Shown here piece after piece: positions 25,604-37,084 of a stretch of DNA of 48,834 nt. Source of the DNA: Pseudogymnoascus verrucosus. Its lineage: Eukaryota. The notes under the pieces are model-generated. The model saw only the letters and a list, made by a program, of their open reading frames with translations. It was not told where the DNA came from and did not search any database. The stretch lies in NCBI GenBank assembly GCA_001662655.1, contig KV460214.1. One strand, written 5' to 3'. The translations under genes were made by a program, and so were the position numbers. Numbering within the stretch: the first letter of the stretch is position 1; each line of letters opens with the position of its first letter.

Positions 25604-26200
25604 TATCTATTTGCTTCTTGTACGTGTTGGGATGCTTTGGGACAGATCAAACGAGTTACACATGACGTTCTTAGTGTAAGTTAAGAGGTTTTCGCAGCCT
25701 GAGTTGTTTACATAGTTCGATATTATCAAAACTAGCCATTGATCTTAATTTCAGGTTATCTAAAAAAAAGTCCTAACTCTGCTCCTTGCTCGAGAAGGCC
25801 TAAATTATATAAAATCCGCCTCTAGGTTTTATTTCCTGATCCTGGAAATCGGATTCCTAAATTTATCCGTGGGGAATTGATTCTGTCAGCGTGATGCCGC
25901 ATGTTATCCAAATGTTCCAAAGTGGTATACGCCAGTGCCCGCTGACCTTCATCAGCAGTACTTGTACTGACATCGGTCCATAGCGCCACGATATGTCCAC
26001 AGCCAACAATCACTATAATCACTAACATGGCCAAAAAGTACAGTTCTATCAACTATAACATCATCTACACCCATGGCACCTAACACTAATCACACAACCC
26101 ATCACCCGTAGCTCCCCCCCTTTCCCCAAACCATTCCCCACTTGCCGCCCGACGCCATAGCACAGCAGTATATATATTCCCCCGTAAGAGAGGAATAAAT

Positions 26201-26319
26201 ACATACGACCATAGACTCAAGAGAATTGGGCATCCCGTCCGCTCTGCCATACACAAGCTTGAGATCGGTGGATTAGTAGTTGGGTGGGTGACCACCAGCG
26301 AATACCCACTGTTGTATGT
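26201..26319 (+). rRNA. Intact dispersed 5S rRNA gene
   Basis: ACATACGACCATAG..CATCCCGTCCGCTCTGCCATACACAAGC..GATTAGTAGTTGGGTGGGTGACCACCAGCGAATACCCACTGTTGTATGT, about 119 nt with pairing termini, an upstream TATA-like box and an oligo-T terminator. Confidence 0.97.
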
Positions 26320-26685
26320 TTTTACTATTTTTTTTGGCCCTTTTGGGCTAGATAAGAGAGTGTGTGTATAGATATAACGTAAATATGATAATATTGCTAG
26401 TAAGTACTCTAACGCTTTTAGTTAAACAATGTGTAATGTATTAGATCTATAATATAGTAATGAGTTAATGTTTGCCTATAAAGATTGATTATATATAACC
26501 ACATTTCTGTTTTAAATGACCTTTTTATTTTGAAGACATAGTTCATTGACATTTTAATCCTTAATAAGAACATAAATCCATTACTATGCCTACTTATTAA
26601 ACAACTAAGTCTGATTCAGCTCGAATCCAATCATCCTAGGTAAGTGGCACTGCTTTTAGATATTGGGACTATGCAATGACAGTTG

Positions 26686-26880
26686 TTAGGCCAAGGGTAG
26701 TAGAGACATGTCATCGAGCAGCTTCGCCTCCTGCGTGCAATCTGCCGCCAACTGGTCAAGGAATGTGGCTTCCAGCAGTGATGGTAGCTCTAATTAGAGC
26801 TCTGTCCCCAACAGCTCATCAAGGAACACAGATGTTGCATCTAGCTAGGAATGGTCTAGAAGTGGCAAGGAAGACAGTCG
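26686..26880 (-). pseudogene. Possible mutated coding remnant next to an AT-rich tract
   Basis: Frame LSSLPLLDHS*LDATSVFLDELLGTEL*LELPSLLEATFLDQLAADCTQEAKLLDDMSLLPLA* has internal TAG/TAA stops compatible with CAG/CAA transitions; no family recognised. Confidence 0.3.
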
Positions 26881-27394
26881 TAGCTGATGGTCCATTAAAT
26901 CAAAGAATCGAAGACTGTGGGCGTCGTGAGTAGATCAGTTCTGTTACGAAGCTCCTGTCGAAATGCCCACCTAACTCATGGGAACATCCATTAGGAGGTT
27001 GAGTTGCAGGCTGTTCTGTTCGCTTAGTGTAAACCATTCACTAAATTGTGGACATTTGTGGTCGTGTGTGGTCATTGAGAATGCGGGGAAAGAATGCGGG
27101 GAAAGGCTAATGTTAGGATTTAGGATGATGATGAACCCATTCCGTTACTCCACCTGCCAAGTCCGTCCATTGGACGGATATATATTTCCGAAAGGGTAAA
27201 ACCGCCCAACTTTGAGATGAGACGTAACAGAGACCTTGACGCACTGCGTTGGAGAAATAAAATAGCTTGGATAGGCTACCATGACATCTCCACTCAGAAT
27301 ACTCGGATGTATTTACTATTGTAACACTAATAAGGGTTCAGAAACAAAAATAAAAAAGTAGCAAACGACACAGGCCACAGGAATTACAAAAACG

Positions 27395-28471
27395 ATGGCG
27401 ATTTCATTGCTCAAGGGTACAGCCTTTGTGACAGGCGCAGCTTCTGGTGATTAACGCGTCCCTAATTCCCACCATGATCCATCCTTCCTCTACTCCAATA
27501 TCACTCCAACATCGTAACGGCCAAGGAGCCTGAAATCCTCCCAAGAAAAGAGCAACCCCTCAATCCATGTCTAAAGCTCATTCTCCATCCTCGCAGGAAT
27601 TGGCAAAGCAACCGCCTTTGCCTTTGCCCGGTACGGCGTCCAGCGCCTCGCCATCTCCGACCGCTCCGCTCCCGCCCTCAGGGCCACCGCTCTCGAGTTG
27701 CAAGCGCAGTTCCCCTCGGTCGAAATCAAGCCGCTCATCGTCGACGTGACCAACGATGACGAGATTGATCGCGGGGTCGCTGACGCCGTCGCGGCATTCG
27801 GCCGCATCGACATCGCCGTCAATAATGCCGGGGTCAGCGGCGCGGGCAAGGAGACCCACGAGGCGACTTCCAGCGACTGGCAGAACGTGGTGGACGTCAA
27901 TTTGAGCGGAGTGTGGAAGACCCAGAGGAGGATTCTGCAGCAAATGTTGACACAGGAGAGCCTGGGCATGAGAGAGGGCAGAGGCACGATTATCAACGTC
28001 GCATCGATGTATGGACTAGTTGGCCCGCCGGGATATATCGCGGCCACTGCGTATACGGCCTCGAAGCACGGTGTTCTGGGTCTTACGAAAGCTGTAAGTC
28101 GTAAAAGTGAGCATGATTGAAGCCTGAAATCTGAGTTCTGACTCGTGGTGGTACCTTAGGATGCAATCACCTACGCGCCCGAGGGGATCCGTATCAATGC
28201 CATCTGTCCGGGGTAAGTGCACCTTATATACATCTCTAACTGATCTCTCGCAGAGATAATGACTAACACAGCCTCCAGATATGTCGATACGCCGCTTCTC
28301 CGCGCTGACAGCCAAACCGACTACATGAAGAAGGAATTGTTGAAGGTGCCAATAGGACGACTGTCGTCACAAGAAGAGACGGCAGACGCGATTGCCTTCC
28401 TAGCCTCACCAATGGCTAGTTACATAGTCGGAGCGGCCTTGGTGGCAGATGGGGGGTATTCTATTCAGTAA
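27395..28471 (+). CDS. Classical SDR oxidoreductase; exons 27395-27446, 27597-28093, 28160-28212, 28279-28471
   Basis: TGAASG|IG, GRIDIAVNNAG, IINVAS, YTASK, GIRINAICPG, DGGY; three GT-AG introns. Confidence 0.93.
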
Positions 28472-28844
28472 TATATAAGAAAATATCTGAAAAATAAACA
28501 TAGAATACGTAAACCAGATTACATGTTTGTTAACTCTATTATTTCAAGTTATATAGTAAACTGCATCACTCCTCTAGTATTACAATATAAAGCAAACTTA
28601 GGTGGACTGGAACACATATAATTTGTATGTAAAAGTACAACCAACTACCCGCGTTACCTAGGACCCCGCGTTACACAGTGACTTAATGTTAGCGTGGGGC
28701 GAGTTCAGGAACGCCCAAAGATGGCGGAAAACTTCAACCGGCGATAAGACTAATAAGACGGAATGCTTATCACATATCAATACTAGATGCCCACGAAATA
28801 AAATGATGGACTCGAACAAAGCATATAGTTTGGCAGAAGAAGAA

Positions 28845-30642
28845 ATGGCTGCTCAACTACCAGACTTGAGCCAGTATGGCCGCTATCAGCTCCTGGCCAT
28901 CGCTGCGCCTTTATTGGTACGTCGCCGATGAACTTTCGTGAGAATGAAAAAGTACTTATATTCTAGATTGTGCTCTACTATATCGGCTTGGTTATCTACC
29001 GCATCTCTATCCATCCTCTGGCAAAGTACCCTGGCCCCACGCTATGGGCTATCAGTTCGATCCCCGGCATCCGCAGTCTGCTCAATGGAAGAATCAGCTT
29101 CGACTACAAGGAATTGCATGACAAGTATGGTCTGTAGTTTACCGTTCCTCCCGTTTCCAATACATCGAAAGCTAACAATAGCCAGGTCCCGTTGTCCGGG
29201 TCTCTCCAGAAGAACTCTCATTCAACACCGTCGAAGCCTGGGAAGACATCTATGGGCACCGAATTGGGAAGCATGCCGGACGCCCCAACATGGATAAGGA
29301 TCCCATTCACGTCGGTTCTGTAGAACCCATTCCTGGCGCTTCTTCTCTTACTATGGCCAATGACATAGATCACGCTCGTCTCCGCCGTGCTCTTGCATAT
29401 GCTTTCTCTCAGAAGGCATTGGTTGAGCAGGAGGAGTTGCTACAGGATTATGTGACGAAGTACATCGATAACATCCGCAAGTTTTCTGAGGCTGGTGAGG
29501 AGTTCAACGCTGTAGATTGGTTCAATTATACGACTTTTGATATCATTGGTGATTTGTCTTTCGGCGAGGTACTTCGCTGCGCCTCCCCATTCATACCAGG
29601 AATTCACTAACGCACCGTCAGCCCTTCGGCTGTCTCGATAACAAGCACGGCTCCCGCGACTGGGTCGTCATGATCTACGAATCCATCAAAGCAGGAGTCC
29701 TCGAGCAAGCCACCCGCCGCTTTGCCGACGTGGGGACCTGGGCCCAGCAGTTCCTCATGTGGCTCATCCCTTCCAAAGCGCGATGGATCCGCCGCGAGCA
29801 CTTGCGGAACTCGAAGGAGAAGGCACTCCGCAGGATGAATGACGATAGCGAGCATAAGGACTTTTTATGGTATATCATGAAACAGCGCGAGAAGAAATCT
29901 GAGGTGTCGGATAACGAGGTGATAATCAATGCTGCCTTGTTCATGTAAGTCTCCCACCGCCGTGCTCTACATTCTAACGCGAATGACTGATTCATCAAAC
30001 AGTATTGCCGGCTCTGAAACAACCGCAACCCTCCTCGCTGGCCTAACCAACCTACTCCTCCGCAACCCTGAAAAGCTCGCCCGTGTTACTGCTGAGATCC
30101 GCTCCCGATTTGCTACCGAGGCTGATCTGACCTTTGACAACATCATGTCCCTTCCCTACTTGAATGCCTGCTTCGAAGAGAGCCTGCGCATCTTCCCACC
30201 AGTGCCCGTCGGCTTGTTGAGAAGAGTTCCAAAGGGTGGTGACATGATCGACGGCAGCTTTGTCCCAGGCGGAACGAGTGTTTCCGTGCCTGCGTGGGCT
30301 GCCAGCCATAGCCCGGCCAACTTCAAGGATCCAGACGTTTTCTTGCCAGAGAGATGGATGGAGGAACATCAGAGCGAGTATGGCACTGATGTAAAGAAGT
30401 CGTCACAGCCCTTCTCGCTTGGGCCGAGAGGCTGTATTGGCCGCCACTTGTCGTATGTGGAAATGCGTCTAATACTTGGTCGACTGTTGTGGAATTTTGA
30501 TCTTGCGTGGAGTGATAGTGCTGCTGGGAAGGAGTCACACAGGAGATGGGATCATGATGGTGAGTGCAAGCATCTGAGAGCCTTCAATACGTGGGAGAAG
30601 CCGCCGCTGGTGATCAAGGCATCTGCGGCAAAGAAAGGATGA
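28845..30642 (+). CDS. Cytochrome P450 (Tri11/CYP65-like appearance); five exons, introns about 28917-28966, 29130-29185, 29569-29621, 29945-30002
   Basis: HPLAKYPGP, KYGPVVR, FDIIGDLSFGEPFG, AGSETT, EESLR, PERW, PFSLGPRGCIG. Subfamily is an impression; start could be 28803. Confidence 0.93.
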
Positions 30643-31278
30643 AGAAGGCCTGGTAGTGGAGAAGTGAGCATCAGCTAGAAGGATTATGTGATGGACAGAA
30701 TTCACAGTCCCAAATCTCAAGACAGATACAATTATTCGGTGGGCATATTGCCCGCGATGTGTTAGCCATAGCCCGAGAAATTGAAATGAGTCTACAGATT
30801 TTATCTATTTTCTTGGTTGACAGTGATCTCCGAATCCTTGGATTTTTAGAAGTACGATGTATCTGTTCAAGACCACCCGCCAATGCTGACCATTCACCAA
30901 CGGACTAGACCATTGGTGAATGGCCTAGGCTAGCCACCAATACGAACATTTGCCAGTCGACTAGACCGTTCGCCAATGAGTGCTCTCATTGGCGACTGGC
31001 CTGGGCAGCCCGCCACCACTCGTCAATTCCTACATCGGCGGGTGTTCTTGGCAACGCCTACGGAGCAGACATGAAAAAGGCGAGTAAGAGCAGATATTTA
31101 TGTAGGTAATATAGTAACGTTATTGAAAAGAACAAGATATTATATTAGTACCGTTATCCTATTCATATTGGCAGGAACATATTGGCTGGTGGTCGGGAAC
31201 ATATCGTATTCTGGATCTAAATCTATCACGGGAATTGCCATGCTTTTATATCATTTATATTGCAATGTCTGCATCTCT

Positions 31279-32500
31279 TTAAGGAATTATCTTGGCCTTC
31301 TTCATCCTGTCAAATACGCCACCCCATGTTTGCAGTGTGCTCCTCTCTTCTTTAAACCCTGTCTCGTACATCTTCTTCATGTCATACTGTCTATCGAAGT
31401 CGAACTGCGTGAGGAGGAAATACTCAAACCCTTTGAATGTTAGTTCAGAGTCCGCAATCCCAGTTCTTAGACCATGTTTTTTCTCCAAATTCTGCCATGC
31501 ATTGAAATGTTTCTTGATGTACGTCCTCACTTCCGTCGGTTCTCCTTCGCTAGGTGGCCCGACCCCCTTCAATCCGAAATATGAGCAAATTTCCGGCCAC
31601 TTTGTCTCCCAGGACTTTGGTTCCTTTGCATCCGCGACATTGAATCCTTCTCCCTTTGAACTCTTTGAGAGTGCGAGAGAAAGATGAATTGTCTGTCTTG
31701 CAATCATGTCACTTGAACTGTCAATTGATTTCGCAACCCAAGCTTTGTGACTCCCTGGGTACGGACAAGCCGAGCCTTTCCCTTCAACTTCAGCCCAGAG
31801 TGACAGAAACACAGCTATTGAGGTTGCAAGCGAGTAGAAGTTTTGATTCGGGACAAATCCAATGATGATATCCGGTCTCGTGTCGCACCAATTCCACGAT
31901 TTGTCTTTGGAGTAAGAAGTGATCCACTCAAGTTGCGGGTGGTAGAAGAGGGTCTCGTAGTATGGAGACTTGAGACGTGGATGCGATTCTCTCAAGGGAA
32001 CGTGAATGTAATCCGTAGGGTGGTTTTCCAGAAGGTGACAGCCGTACATTTTTGCACCTGTTTGGAGCACTACAAATTCCAGTGCTGAGCTGAGATGGTC
32101 CATGGCGGTAGTGGAGCGCTTAAACATCTCGACTGCATCTTTATATTCCTGCAAGAGATCCGATGAGGCCTTATATGCTGAATTTATGTCAGTGAGTGAC
32201 GTCTCCTCCCAAAAAGGGAAACGAACCCAAATAGTACACATGTGTCACCTTCTCAATACCCTCGATCTTTTGAAATGCACCCTCAAGATCTTCCTGGCTC
32301 CCCTTTAACAAATCGATCCCCGAGACGATGGTCAGCCTCTCATCGTTTGGCCACAAAGAATCGCTCTGGTTGAGTGGCCGATTCGTCAAAGCATAGACTT
32401 TGTCCCAGATTTCCTCCTTCGGATAGTCATTCAGAATCTCGTTTACAAACGCCCATCCCGTCACGCCACTGGCGCCAAATATGAGCGCCGACTTGGACAT
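31279..32500 (-). CDS. NAD(P)-dependent Rossmann reductase, PRISE (progesterone 5-beta-reductase/iridoid synthase)-like or SirQ-like; intron 32226-32178
   Basis: ALIFGASGVTGW, VTHVYYLAY, LQTGAKMYG, FYHPQ, TRPDIIIGF and a KAKIIP terminus. Confidence 0.85.
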
Positions 32501-32963
32501 TTCGGATTTCTTCAAGATTTATATCCGGAGATAACTTCGAGCGATACACTACTGCACTTCTGCTATTTAATGCGAATACGTACGAGTTTTTGCTACCAAG
32601 TATTGAAGTATTACTATTTCCCTTACTGCAAGATCACACGGCAAGGGCATTTCGGAAATCCTAGATTCAAAAATCTCGGAAATCCAGTAGCAGCAACTTG
32701 ATTAACTACAGTACACGGAAAACGATATGCTGAGGTCCACCCTAAAAGGAACGAGCCGAGGTGGAGAGTACTCGTACATGGCGGGGTAGGGAATCCCCCA
32801 AGCCCACTAGCGTTGAACGTTAGCCTAATCCTTAACGCCGCAATCTCCATTCTCAATTGTAATTGTGATTTAGAAAAGCCCTTTATTTCTTTTTCTTTTT
32901 CAAAATTCAATCACAAACGAAAAGAGATCAGCCCCTCCCAAGCTGTCAACCATATCGTCAAAC

Positions 32964-33710
32964 ATGGCACAGCCCGGAATTCTGTGGGTGAACTCTAAAA
33001 TCACCCACCCCGATGCAATCACTCCAGAAAACTTCGACAAATGGTACAATGACATCCACGTCCCCGATATCCTCGCAACCAGTGGCTTCGACTCTGCATT
33101 TCGATACAAAAACATCGATCCAAAGGCAGATCGACCATACCTAGCCATGTACCCAGTCAGCGACGTTGATTGGCTTGGGTCTCCGGAATTCTCGAGCATA
33201 CCTAATACGAGCGATTGTTTCCCGGGACCAAGTCACAAGTGTTTTGATTACGCAGATTTTGATACAAGATTTTATGAGTTTATTCATTCATACGAGAAGC
33301 CTGGCGCGCCTGCTTGTAGGTGGTGGTCCTCTCCGTCGATGCATCAAGTGGGGGTTGACAAGTGAAAAACAGGTCCAACTAAATTGGTGATCTCAGCCGG
33401 ACTCACTCCAGCAGCAGGGACAGATGCAGATTTTGATGCATGGTATAGAGAGGAACATTATAGTACTTTGGCTGCGTGTTCGGGGTATATGAGAACGAGA
33501 AGGTACAAATTGAAAAGGGCTGTGAAGGCAGAGAACCCAACGACGTATCTGTCGCTGCATGAGTTTGAGTGTGATGTGCTACCGCAGGCAGACTTAGATA
33601 AAACTGCAGAGACACCTTGGTCTAAGAAAATTATGGGATCGCTACTCGGTGCTGAGATTGGTGTTTATGCGTTAAGTGGAGCATGGGGCGAAGTTGGGGG
33701 AAAGATTTGA
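32964..33710 (+). CDS. EthD-like tandem dimeric alpha-beta barrel protein; intron 33316-33372
   Basis: Two repeats, FDKWYNDIHVPDIL..FRY..YLAMY and FDAWYREEH..RTRRY..YLSLHEF. Confidence 0.8.
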
Positions 33711-34206
33711 AGGGAATGGCAAACGTGGTTATTAAATTGTCCTACAATAATGTGCCTGACATCTATTGTGTGTAAAATCCCAACTGTTATCTCTTGTAGA
33801 AGTGGCTGTCACTTCCAATATTGTTTTGCTAGGAGAGTAGCCCCAACGCGTGCCCGGCGTAACTATTGCTTTATGCGGCTCAAAATCTCGATAGTCAATT
33901 TCCATCATCTCGGATATCTTTTGCCGACCGCATCGCCCCGCATCCCCCGCATCCCATAAGCGAAATCAACCCCACACGCGGGAATAACTAACTGGGGTAA
34001 ACAAATTCTGGGGTCGAAACCTGGAGAGTCCGGGACTAGCCTAGGGAATGCTCAAAAATAGGAACCGAAAGTGGCTTTTCGCGCATGCTATATAATGTCC
34101 TCGACCAAGCGAGTTTGAATGATCCAGTTGATTTTCTTCAACTTCGTCGTCCTATTCTTGATCTTTTTGAGCCTGAAAGAAAACGAAATCACTAGACAGG
34201 AAAGAA

Positions 34207-36157
34207 ATGACAGACATTAATAACAGTGACGAGAAGGATGAGTTTGTCCTTGAACATCTAGAGGCAGTGAAGCCGGATGCTAATGTGGCTTTTCATCATG
34301 GCCAAATTGCTCCTGAAGCAATCGGAGGACTTTATAACGAGATGCCAAAGGGCTATTACTGGAGCAAAGATTTCTTAGGAACATTAATCGTGAGTAATAA
34401 ATCTCGGGTTCTTGAAAATGCCTCTGATTGATAATTATAGGCGACATGTCTTGCCCAGATCAGCGGATACCTCGGCTGGGTCCTACCAGCTAACACTCTC
34501 AGTCTCATCAATGAGTCTCTTGGAGGATCTCCAAATATAAATTGGGTTGCACTTGCGTGGACTCTCGGTTTCACAGTGGGACTCTCCCTTGTTGGGAGAT
34601 TGAGTGACAGTCTGCCTTCCAAAACCCATGCGACTTGCACCTCTACTGACAAATAATCCAGTATTCGGACGCCGCTGGTTTTTCATCGGTTCTTCACTGA
34701 TGGCACTTGTCGGGAACATCATAGGAGCATCAGCCCAATCCGTTAACCAACTCATCGGAACAAATTGTCTCAACGGTCTGGCTGCAGCCGGCCAACTTTC
34801 CTTCAATGTCGTAATTGGCGAACTCGTACCAAACAAGCTTCGTGGACCCTTTAACGCATTGGTATTGTCGACGTCCATCCCGTTCGCGGTCTTCGGTCCT
34901 CCCGTAGCAAGAGCCTTCTATGAAAATACCGGCCTACAGTGGCGGTGGTCATACATTCTGGGATGCATCATCAATACCATCGCTATTGCAACATACTACG
35001 TCTGCTATTTCCCTCCGTCGTATCGTCAGCTGCATGTCAACGGAAAGACGATGATGAAACAGCTTAAGGGCCTTGATTGGATTGGGATCTTCCTCTTCAC
35101 TGCCGGATTGGTACTTTTCCTGATCGGACTCAACTGGTAAGTCAAACTTTATCCGCGACAATTCTATCCACTGACAAGTCGAAGGGGAGGACAAACATAC
35201 CCCTGGAGCTCCGCCCACGTCCTCAGCACCCTCATCATCGGAATCGCCACCCTCATCGCCTTCGGATTCTATGAAGTTTACAGCGGCCACGAATACCCAC
35301 TGATCCCAATGCACCTCTTCAACAACATAAAGTACGATGCCATCGTCGCATGTGCTTCTATAGCTGCTATGGTCTACTATTCCATGACCGTGGTCTGGCC
35401 TACTTTGGTCGGCGCACTCTTCACCACCAGCGTCCAAGATATCGGATGGCTGTCATGCGCAGTAGGCGGAGGCCTACTGTTGGGTCAAATAGCTGCTGGT
35501 TTGGGAATTCGGTATATCCCAAGGATGAAGCTCCAGATGACTGTCGCGGCAGTGGTTATGGTGACATTCGTTGCTGCACTTGCTTCTGTGGACGAGTACT
35601 CCCGCACTAGGACTGTTGTCTTCCTTATTATTGGGACTGCAGCTGCTGGATACATCGAGAACCTGACACTGTCGTCAATGGCGCTTGTTTGGGAGCCAGA
35701 GGATATCGGATTGGTTGCTGGTGTGTTGGGAAGTATAAGGACGGCTTGCTCATCGGTTGCCACTTCTCTATACCTTAGCATTCTGTCCAATCAGTTTGCA
35801 AAGCACTTACCTCGCTATGTCACCCCTGCCGCGACAGAAGCTGGACTTCCAACCTCGTCCCTCGAAGATTTGTTTGCTGGCATCACAGCGGGATCGTTTA
35901 GTAAAGTGGAAGGAATCACACCAGCTATCGAGGAAGCCGTTGGCCATGCGGTCAAGCGTGCATATTCGATGTCTTTTAGGACAGTATTTCTGTGCACTTT
36001 GCCGTTTGGGGCGATTATTTTGGTGGCTGCGATTATAAGCCCGAATGTTGAGGATTACTTGACAGATGATGTCGCAAGAAGATTGCAGGGGAAGGCTGTT
36101 GCTGCTGTCCCTAACAGCCAAGTAATGACTGAGAAGGATACTAATCCTGCAGAGTAA
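34207..36157 (+). CDS. MFS transporter of the TRI12 (trichothecene efflux pump)-like family; introns 34390-34440, 34610-34661, 35137-35184
   Basis: GRLSDIFGRRWFF, GELVPNKLRG, QWRWSY, YFPPSY, LDWIG, GGQTYPW; many TM segments. Confidence 0.9.
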
Positions 36158-36236
36158 ATGTCGGGTTCATCTGGACGATGGGCAAATGAGCTGGACTGAT
36201 GCGAAATAGGATAGTTTCACCTTCTTTTATATAGTA

Positions 36237-36680
36237 ACGTAAGTCATGGCCTGCTTGGGCCAATGGCGTACTTGACCTTGAACCAAAATTACACCAAAAC
36301 ATCGAAAACTCAAAACTGCGTTAACTTCAACAACATTAGCTGTACAGTTTTACGCTCCTATATGCTGTATCTATATAGCTATATAAATAATGCTTTATCA
36401 TGATTTTATTCTAGAGTACTCGATAAAGAAGTTGCAAAAAAAGTATACTAAAAAAAGTATCAGTTTATTTGAACATAGAATAACGTCATAAATAAACGCG
36501 TGAAATACAAATCCTTCTATAGGAAAGTTCATCCATAGTCTATTGAACGCATATACAAAAGGACTAAGTTTATTAAGGCGTGGTTGAGAAGTTATTATAA
36601 TTATAATTTTTTCGGTGTTTTGGTGTAACTTTGGTGCAAGGTGAAGTACGCCATTGGCCCAAGTAGGCCATGACTTACGT
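36237..36680. mobile_element. 444-bp pogo/Fot1-type (Tc1-mariner) MITE with ~72-bp TIRs and a TA target duplication
   Basis: TA|ACGTAAGTCATGGCCTGCTTGGGCCAATGGCGTACTTG..CGAAAA on the left and its near-perfect reverse complement ending ..CCATGACTTACGT|TA on the right; AT-rich non-coding interior. Confidence 0.92.
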
Positions 36681-37084
36681 TAAGCTGTGGAGTTTATTAT
36701 TTGGATGAATTAGATGATAATGTATTAGACGCCTCGCAACTATTCCTGTCTAACTACCTCTGATTGATTACTAAGGTTCATACTATTACGAGTGGAGTAA
36801 GAGCCGGTGACTGGTTTATATTGTGCGTTTCCATAATCTATCCTAGACGATGTTGCCAAGTTTAACCAACAATTTGGCGGAGATATCTTCCGAATATTGT
36901 GTAGTAGATCCGGTCGACTGGGCAATCACCACTGTCGCCAACTGGTTTTTGGCGAAAAATAAGGGGCAAGAAACAGGTTACCAGTTAACATCAAGACGGA
37001 CGAAAACCCGCGCAGGAGTTGATGTTGCTCGAATAAACGAACAGACATGCTCTCACTTAACTATTAGAAGACAAGGCGCTCGCG

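Noticed and set aside
25822..26052. 76-aa ORF with a hydrophobic N-terminus
   Set aside because: No recognisable family or codon support; cannot be distinguished from chance.
22150..26200. Search for the missing 3' half of the broken 5S gene
   Set aside because: No match to AGATCGGTGGATTAGTAGTTGGG found by eye outside the intact copy, so the right element boundary cannot be called.
28845..36157. Trichothecene biosynthetic cluster (Tri11-like P450 plus TRI12-like MFS)
   Set aside because: No trichodiene synthase or other TRI genes in the window; both families are widespread outside TRI clusters.
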